NCBI GenBank assembly: GCA_047495785.1
Contig: JBLDXI010000021.1
Location: 2,604,001 to 2,668,000, forward strand
From: Lepidodermella squamata
Lineage: Eukaryota > Animalia > Gastrotricha
Length of the DNA stretch: 64,000 nt
Reading direction: 5' to 3'
How positions within the stretch are numbered: the stretch's first letter is position 1; each line of letters opens with the position of its first letter. Positions 57,714 to 64,000 of this stretch are shown here, in pieces. The notes beneath the pieces are model-generated. The model was not told the DNA's origin and searched no databases. It was given only the letters and a program-made list of their open reading frames with translations. The translations under genes and the position numbers were made by a program.

Positions 57714-58684
57714 ATTAGTAAGCTGCGGTCCGCCTGTATTTTGTTTTGCGCAAGGTGATAAGTAAAAGCCTGCCAGCCCTTCGTAACGTTGGTGAGCAAG
57801 TCAGGGCTGCGCATGGCGCGTTTCATTTCGTTGCAGGCGCATTGAAATTGTTCGTAGATCGCCGGCCAGTAGATGTTGCTCGACTTGCGCAGGACTCGTA
57901 GCACGCTGTTGCTGCTCGCGACAGTGTTGAAGACCCGCGACGTTTGGGCCGCTCTGTCCGACGGATGGCAGTAGTTTGCTGCTTGGCGTGCATCGGTGAA
58001 CGCACTTTCGAGAGCTTGCTCGTGTCCTGTCATGGATTTATGACGTATCTCGGAAACAACATTGTAAAAAAGCAAATCAACGATGCCCTGAGTGCTAGCT
58101 TCGAACCGATGCTCGCGCGGGAAAAACTTCTCGAGCACTGGCCGGAGTGCCTTCTCGTGAGCGGTGGTGGGTCTCTCGTTTTGAGGTTTGGCGTAGTCTT
58201 CACTGAAGTTGGCTGTGGCGAGCTTGGCTAAAATGAAGAAATGATGAATAAAATTGTTGAGTTTCTCGCGGAAGCGATCGAGGAGATCTTGTCGATGTTC
58301 CCTCGCTCGACGTTGCCCTTCTGCTGCTGCCTTAGAAGGTAGCTGCCTGTTGTCCGTTGAGTCTTGCGGTCGCTTCGTACCATCCGCGTGCCGACGGTCT
58401 GACTGAGCGTTCGAACCAGACCCGTGCGAGCGACTGGAGCGGCCGTGCGTAGCACCCTCGTGCGAACGGTAAGATCGAGTGTTCGAACTGGACGCTGCTG
58501 CGGAGACTGTCTGTTTCGAGCGGCTTTGATGACGATCGCGCCGTTCTTGTTGATAGGGCGGATTGTGACGACTCGAGTTGTAATAGACGTAGCGGAAGCG
58601 GCCAAAGATGGCCCGTCCCGGGCGGTCGTTGTTAATTTCTGTAAACCCGTTGTTATTAGAAACAAAACGGTTACGGTTAGACAT
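57714..58684 (-). CDS. PLE-2 ORF1 5' portion in the terminal repeat (pLTR), fused to telomeric repeats
   Basis: Near-identical to the first ~325 aa of 61134-63629, then poly(NP). Confidence 0.85.
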
Positions 58685-58693
58685 AATGAGATT

Positions 58694-58732
58694 TATTGGT
58701 AGACCGGTTTCACTATTTCTTCAGTACCAATA
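58694..58732 (-). ncRNA. Minimal type I hammerhead ribozyme
   Basis: Minus strand: TATTGGTA CTGAAGA AATAGT GAAAC CG GTC^TACCAATA; perfect 8-bp stem I. Confidence 0.88.
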
Positions 58733-59461
58733 TCATACTTCTGATAGAATTATAACGAGTGACATTATTGTGACAGCGCTATGATAACACCGTACCAGGT
58801 GCGTGTGCCTCGGACTATGTTAGGCGCAGCGGATTAGGATTACAAGGTGTTGTTTCGCGCACACGTGTTACTAAGTTCAAGTTAACTACGGCAGGTGTGC
58901 GTCTAGGTGTGCGCACTATATCGGATTAGCGCACAGATGTTGTGGCCACTACTTGTTAATCGGTGATTCTAGCCAAATGGGTAACAAGGTGTGCTACTAG
59001 GCTGGCGAGGCCTTGATGACGAGCTAACGTGACATCTGTGCTGTTGAGAGACGACAATTACAATGATGAAGATGACCAATAGAAGATTGACAGCTGACGC
59101 AAGGCGTTATTGCCGGCGACATCAAGGTATTGAAAGCAATAAAAGTCATAAAACAGGATATGCCGATTCTAAGGTCGTTATCGACTTTGGATCTCGCTGC
59201 GGGTTACTGGTTGATACCAGGATGGCTTGGCCGCCGTGGTCGTGCGCGACTATGACTCGCTGACGTCCAGAACATTAGACCTCGCTGCGGGTTACTGGCC
59301 GATACCGCGTTGAACAGGCTATAAAACATGAATGGAGAAACATATAATACTGCGTAATGGTGGTAATTAATCTAATGAATTAATTAAGAATAATTAATAA
59401 ACGGTCGGTAGCTTTGTTGCTACTCTTGACATCGTCGCTGGCTACTGGTCGATTGGTTCGG

Positions 59462-61288
59462 CTAGCAGTCTTTCGTTCGGCAGAGTTGCTTGACAACGCT
59501 TGGACCGAGTCGGGTGACGAGACGAATGCGTCGCCGGCGTGCGATGTCGTACAGTGGCTGTAGTGGCCGAACGAACTTCGTTTCGACCGGTGGTCGCCAG
59601 TCTTGTTGGTAGCGAAAGTTGTCGACACGATTGCGTAGGAACGGCCAGTCTTGACCTTCGCAACTTGTGATGACGTCGTGGGCGAGCGCAAAAACATCTG
59701 CGTCGACGTAGCCGTACTTGGACGCGGAACTGGCGAGGCTAAAAATGGCAGAACACAAGTCTTCTGTATTATTGCAAATTCTTAAAAAGTTTAAAATGCG
59801 CCCTGTGACTGCGGCCCGGAGAGTCGATTCTGGGTGATTGGAGTCAGCGTGTAAGAGAGGCAACGAGTTCATGGGCTTGAAGTAAACGCCGGTTCTGATG
59901 GAGCCATCGGGGTACTTGCTCAGGCGGACGTCGAGAACATTCGCACGCTCGGAGCTGATCTCGACTTCGAGCTTTATACGTGGATGTAGTGCGCCGTATT
60001 CGTTGCCTAGCGTGACTGCGGCCTCTTGAGTGGTGCAGATTGCGAAGACGTCGTCTCGATACCGTTTGAACAACATCACGTCGGTTTGGCGTTCGACCAG
60101 ATCGCGCTCGAGCACATAGAGGAACGCGTCCGCTACGACTGGGGCACTGTTGGAGCCCATCGGAATTCCGTGCACCTGACGATACTGAATGCCTGAAAAA
60201 TAGAAAATGTTTGAATTAAGTGTTATTTCGAGCATTGCGACGACGAGGTCGCGTTCGGGTGCGGTTCCGATTGCGTTCTCGTCCAACATGGTCTTGATCG
60301 CTGCGATTCCTTCTCCAATCGGTACGTTGGTGTACAAGTCGCTCACGTCTGCGGTAAAGAACGTGACGTCGCACCCGCTTGAGTCGATTGCGCGAACAGC
60401 GTGTAGTAGGTCGATGGTAGACGAGGCACAGGTAGTCATGAACCGGTTAAGCGGTTTGCAGTAAGCTGCGGCGACCTTGTCTGCGGCGGCGAGCGCTGTG
60501 CCCAAACAGTCGACAATCGGCCGAATTTTCGGTAGACCATCTACGTCAAATGCCTTGTGCATTTTTGGTAAAAAATAAATATGACGATCGCGGGTTGGCT
60601 CGAGATCGAGCCCGCGTAACAGCTTGCGTTGTGCGGCTGTACCGGTTGCCATAACGCGGTCGACGAGAGTCTTCATTGCTTCGAGGCCTCGCTTCTCTTC
60701 TGATTCTTCGGCGTGCACATAGTTCGCTGTAGTGAGATGTTTGAGCGCCATTTTCGAGTAGTTCGCCTTTGACATGTAGACCATCGCTGCACCTTTGTCA
60801 GATTTCTTGAATACGCCGTCTTTGCGGAGGGCGCGTAATCGTCGTAGCTGTGGGTCGTCGACGATGGGACCGAGCCGTACTGTGCGAGCTGGCTGTGCGT
60901 GGCGGATAACGACTTGTCCGTGGATCCCGATAATCGGACCAACGAAGCGCTTTGAGAACGCTACAGAGGGAACCTTGACGTCGAGGCCGTGGTCGGGACG
61001 AGGGACGACGGTTGCGCCAAGGAGATCTGAAATGACATTAACACAGGCAATTTTATCTTTTTTCGTGAAATTAATGATTTTAAGGCCACGCTCGAGTGCC
61101 TGTTTCTCGGCTGGCTGGAGAGTTCCCGTCAGGTCAACGACGGACGGTAGAGAACAGCGATGCAGCGTCCCGTACGCTCCGTTTTGGACTAGGGATGGGA
61201 TGGCCCTGAGCCCGAGCGATCCCGCGAAACCGCGACGCGATGTCTGCGTGTCTGTCTCCTTTTTCGTGCTTCTCGCGGATGTGTGTGA
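59462..61288 (-). CDS. PLE-2 reverse transcriptase (open frame 61288-59462; no start codon until 60784), no endonuclease
   Basis: HIYFLPKMHK, FFTADVSDLYTNVP, YRQVHGIPMGS, FKRYRDDVF; the upstream ATG-less part (LVQNG...LHRCSLPSVVDLTG) is homologous to PLE-1 RT. Confidence 0.93.
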   Translation of the reverse strand, partial: SHTSARSTKKETDTQTSRRGFAGSLGLRAIPSLVQNGAYGTLHRCSLPSVVDLTGTLQPAEKQALERGLKIINFTKKDKIACVNVISDLLGATVVPRPDHGLDVKVPSVAFSKRFVGPIIGIHGQVVIRHAQPARTVRLGPIVDDPQLRRLRALRKDGVFKKSDKGAAMVYMSKANYSKMALKHLTTANYVHAEESEEKRGLEAMKTLVDRVMATGTAAQRKLLRGLDLEPTRDRHIYFLPKMHKAFDVDGLPKIRPIVDCLGTALAAADKVAAAYCKPLNRFMTTCASSTIDLLHAVRAIDSSGCDVTFFTADVSDLYTNVPIGEGIAAIKTMLDENAIGTAPERDLVVAMLEITLNSNIFYFSGIQYRQVHGIPMGSNSAPVVADAFLYVLERDLVERQTDVMLFKRYRDDVFAICTTQEAAVTLGNEYGALHPRIKLEVEISSERANVLDVRLSKYPDGSIRTGVYFKPMNSLPLLHADSNHPESTLRAAVTGRILNFLRICNNTEDLCSAIFSLASSASKYGYVDADVFALAHDVITSCEGQDWPFLRNRVDNFRYQQDWRPPVETKFVRPLQPLYDIARRRRIRLVTRLGPSVVKQLCRTKDC

Positions 61289-63629
61289 TCAGACCATTGA
61301 TTGAGCAGCTCTTGCCGACGTGGCCGCATCGTTTGCCGCTCGGTAGCTTGAAAGCGCACGACCACTTGCCGTTGTGAAACTCGACGAGTATCGACGGATC
61401 GCGTATCTTTTCTTTCTTCCACCATTCGCGGGTGAACTCTGCTTTGCTCAAGTTCTTCTGTATGGCGTAGTCTTGCTTTGATAGCGTGGTCGTCGTATCA
61501 CCCTGCTCTTGACGGACCGACTGAGCGTTCGAACCGTGCATCGGTGGGTTGTGCGCAGGCGGTCGCGATGCCGGTGCCAGGCGTTTGAGACACGTTCCGG
61601 GTTGCCCGTACATTTGTTGCGCCGAGATCGCTTTGACGACGGCGGGCTTCTTGGACGGCGCCGGAAGTTCTGTTGGTGACTTGTCTTTCGGGCTGGTGGC
61701 ACGAGCTCGCTTGGTGGGCACCGAGGCGTTTGGCGCACCTGGTCGAGGAGCGTTCTGCGAGACCGCGTTGATCGCTTCACCGAAGAACGAGGCGACCGAG
61801 CTGACATCTGAAATAGAATTGCAATTATTAAAACGAGATTCGACATTGGCTGCAGCTGCTGCTAGCGCGGTGTCGCTGGCACTGTCGATCGGTGAAGCGT
61901 CCTTGCTCGGAGTCTGAGGCAGAGGCGCGGACGTGGGCGTTAACTGGGCTGCTGTCGATTTGTCGGCAGTGACCGTTTGTGGAGTAGCCGGGCGGGCTAC
62001 ATTGATAGTCGTTGAGTGGTCGGCGGTCGCCGCTGAATCGCGGCTGCCACCGTTCTTGGTAACCAAGTTGCTAGCTTCAGAAGTTGACCGAGCGGTAGTC
62101 GACGCTGAACCGCGACTGTCAACGCTCTTTGAGACCAAGTTGCTAGCTTCAGAAGTTGACCGAGCGGTAGTCGACGCTGAACCGCGACTGTCATCGCTCT
62201 TTGAGACCGAGTTGCTAGCTTCAGAAGTTGACCGAGCGGTAGTCGACGCTGAACCGCGACTGTCATCGCTCTTTGAGACCAAGTTGCTAGCTTCAGAAGT
62301 TGACCGTGCGGGAATCGAGGCCAAATCGCGACCGAGACCTCTCTTCGGTACCAGTGCGTTGATCTGAGCGGTTGAACGTGCGGAAATCCAGGTCGAATCG
62401 CGTTCTTCTGTGGTGAGCAAGCCCCAATCACCCGGGCTCGGATGGCCAGTCTGAGCGGTTGAACCGGGAGCCGCCTTGGGTGTCGGTGGTAACGCTTGAC
62501 GAGCTGTTTCTGATTGACCTGTCGGCGTAACCGGATTGACGGCCGGGTCGCTTACGACCATCGGCGACGAAGACTGAATGGTGTCGTGCGCTTCAACTGT
62601 TATGTTGACAGGTGCTTCCCTTGGGGAGGCATGGACCTGAGAAAGAGAGTTAGGGTTAATTAGTAAGCTGCGGTCCGCCTGTATTTTGTTTTGCGCAAGG
62701 TGATAAGTAAAAGCCTGCCAGCCCTTCGTAACGTTGGTGAGCAAGTCAGGGCTGCGCATGGCGCGTTTCATTTCGTTGCAGGCGCATTGAAATTGTTCGT
62801 AGATCGCCGGCCAGTAGATGTTGCTCGACTTGCGCAGGACTCGTAGCACGCTGTTGCTGCTCGCGACAGTGTTGAAGACCCGCGACGTTTGGGCCGCTCT
62901 GTCCGACGGATGGCAGTAGTTTGCTGCTTGGCGTGCATCGGTGAACGCACTTTCGAGAGCTTGCTCGTGTCCTGTCATGGATTTATGACGTATCTCGGAA
63001 ACAACATTGTAAAAAAGCAAATCAACGATGCCCTGAGTGCTAGCTTCGAACCGATGCTCGCGCGGGAAGAACTTCTCGAGCACTGGCCGGAGTGCCTTCT
63101 CGTGAGCGGTGGTGGGTCTCTCGTTTTGAGGTTTGGCGTAGTCTTCACTGAAGTTGGCTGTGGCGAGCTTGGCTAAAATGAAGAAATGATGAATAAAATT
63201 GTTGAGTTTCTCGCGGAAGCGATCGAGGAGATCTTGTCGATGTTCCCTCGCTCGACGTTGCCCTTCTGCTGCTGCCTTAGAAGGTAGCTGCCCGTTGTCC
63301 GTTGAGTCTTGCGGTCGCTTCGTACCATCCGCGTGCCGACGGTCTGACTGAGCGTTCGAACCAGACCCGTGCGAGCGACTGGAGCGGCCGTGCGTAGCAC
63401 CCTCGTGCGAACGGTAAGATCGAGTGTTCGAACTGGACGCTGCTGCGGAGACTGTCTGTTTCGAGCGGCTTTGATGACGATCGCGCCGTTCTTGTTGATA
63501 GGGCGGATTGTGACGACTCGAGTTGTAATAGACGTAGCGGAAGCGGCCAAAGATGGCCCGTCCCGGGCGGTCGTTGTTAATTTCTGTAAACCCGTTGTTA
63601 TTAGAAACAAAACGGTTACGGTTAGACAT
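61134..63629 (-). CDS. PLE-2 ORF1 (831 aa): basic N-terminus, helical domain, S/T-rich repeats, C-terminal C2H2/BED-like finger
   Basis: Full ORF with ATG; WSCAFKLPSGKRCGHVGKSCSINGLITHIREKH. Confidence 0.88.
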   Translation of the reverse strand: MSNRNRFVSNNNGFTEINNDRPGRAIFGRFRYVYYNSSRHNPPYQQERRDRHQSRSKQTVSAAASSSNTRSYRSHEGATHGRSSRSHGSGSNAQSDRRHADGTKRPQDSTDNGQLPSKAAAEGQRRAREHRQDLLDRFREKLNNFIHHFFILAKLATANFSEDYAKPQNERPTTAHEKALRPVLEKFFPREHRFEASTQGIVDLLFYNVVSEIRHKSMTGHEQALESAFTDARQAANYCHPSDRAAQTSRVFNTVASSNSVLRVLRKSSNIYWPAIYEQFQCACNEMKRAMRSPDLLTNVTKGWQAFTYHLAQNKIQADRSLLINPNSLSQVHASPREAPVNITVEAHDTIQSSSPMVVSDPAVNPVTPTGQSETARQALPPTPKAAPGSTAQTGHPSPGDWGLLTTEERDSTWISARSTAQINALVPKRGLGRDLASIPARSTSEASNLVSKSDDSRGSASTTARSTSEASNSVSKSDDSRGSASTTARSTSEASNLVSKSVDSRGSASTTARSTSEASNLVTKNGGSRDSAATADHSTTINVARPATPQTVTADKSTAAQLTPTSAPLPQTPSKDASPIDSASDTALAAAAANVESRFNNCNSISDVSSVASFFGEAINAVSQNAPRPGAPNASVPTKRARATSPKDKSPTELPAPSKKPAVVKAISAQQMYGQPGTCLKRLAPASRPPAHNPPMHGSNAQSVRQEQGDTTTTLSKQDYAIQKNLSKAEFTREWWKKEKIRDPSILVEFHNGKWSCAFKLPSGKRCGHVGKSCSINGLITHIREKHEKGDRHADIASRFRGIARAQGHPIPSPKRSVRDAASLFSTVRR
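62040..62310 (-). repeat. 72-bp in-frame tandem repeat (~4 copies) in ORF1
   Basis: (C)A/GAGTTGCTAGCTTCAGAAGTTGACCG at 62064, 62136, 62208, 62280; encodes STSEASNLVSKSDDSRGSASTTAR. Confidence 0.92.
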
Positions 63630-63638
63630 AATGAGATT

Positions 63639-63677
63639 TATTGGTAGACCGGTTTCACTATTTCTTCAGTACCAATA
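63639..63677 (-). ncRNA. Minimal type I hammerhead ribozyme (copy of 58694-58732)
   Basis: Same sequence at offset 4945. Confidence 0.88.
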
Positions 63678-64000
63678 TCATACTTCTGATAGAATTATAA
63701 CGAGTGACATTATTGTGACAGCGCTATGATAACACCGTACCAGGTGCGTGTGCCTCGGACTATGTTAGGCGCAGCGGATTAGGATTACAAGGTGTTGTTT
63801 CGCGCACACGTGTTACTAAGTTCAAGTTAACTACGGCAGGTGTGCGTCTAGGTGTGCGCACTATATCGGATTAGCGCACAGATGTTGTGGCCACTACTTG
63901 TTGATCGGTGATTCTAGCCAAATGGGTAACAAGGTGTGCTACTAGGCTGGCGAGGCCTTGATGACGAGCTAACGTGACATCTGTGCTGTTGAGAGACGAC

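Larger units (their letters stand above)
57714..64000 (-). mobile_element. Endonuclease-less Penelope-like (Athena-type) retroelement 2, partial tandem with 4945-bp unit, continues past window
   Basis: 57704-59055 is a near-identical direct repeat of 62649-64000; intact ORF1 and RT lie between the repeats. Confidence 0.92.

Overview
Animal (invertebrate) genomic DNA from a compact genome with many 40-60 nt introns, apparently the last 64 kb before a chromosome end: the G-rich (TTAGGG)n strand runs 5'->3' to the right. Positions 1-46 kb hold host genes: LIPT1, a HIG1-domain gene, mitochondrial HSP70 with two intronic C/D snoRNA candidates, an RRM-like ORF, FAM210B, CtBP, a PAN/Sushi/EB multidomain membrane protein and an LRR-TM protein. 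Several mostly TA-flanked MITEs lie among them. From 47,140 onward there is a chain of minus-strand modules separated by (GGGTTA)n tracts. It includes two diverged endonuclease-less Penelope-like (Athena-type) retroelements, each with an ORF1 carrying a BED-like Zn finger, an overlapping +1-frame RT ORF and a minimal hammerhead ribozyme just upstream of ORF1. It also includes non-coding partner elements with a covarying structured RNA end, one of them carrying a hammerhead and a 178-bp satellite. Element 2 and partner B are joined to telomeric DNA exactly at a native internal 10-nt TAACCCTAAC motif resembling a telomerase RNA template, and their copies are longer than one unit. Element 1 is circularly permuted. 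Together this suggests telomere-primed reverse transcription of tandem or circular RNA. All calls are by eye; no searches were run.
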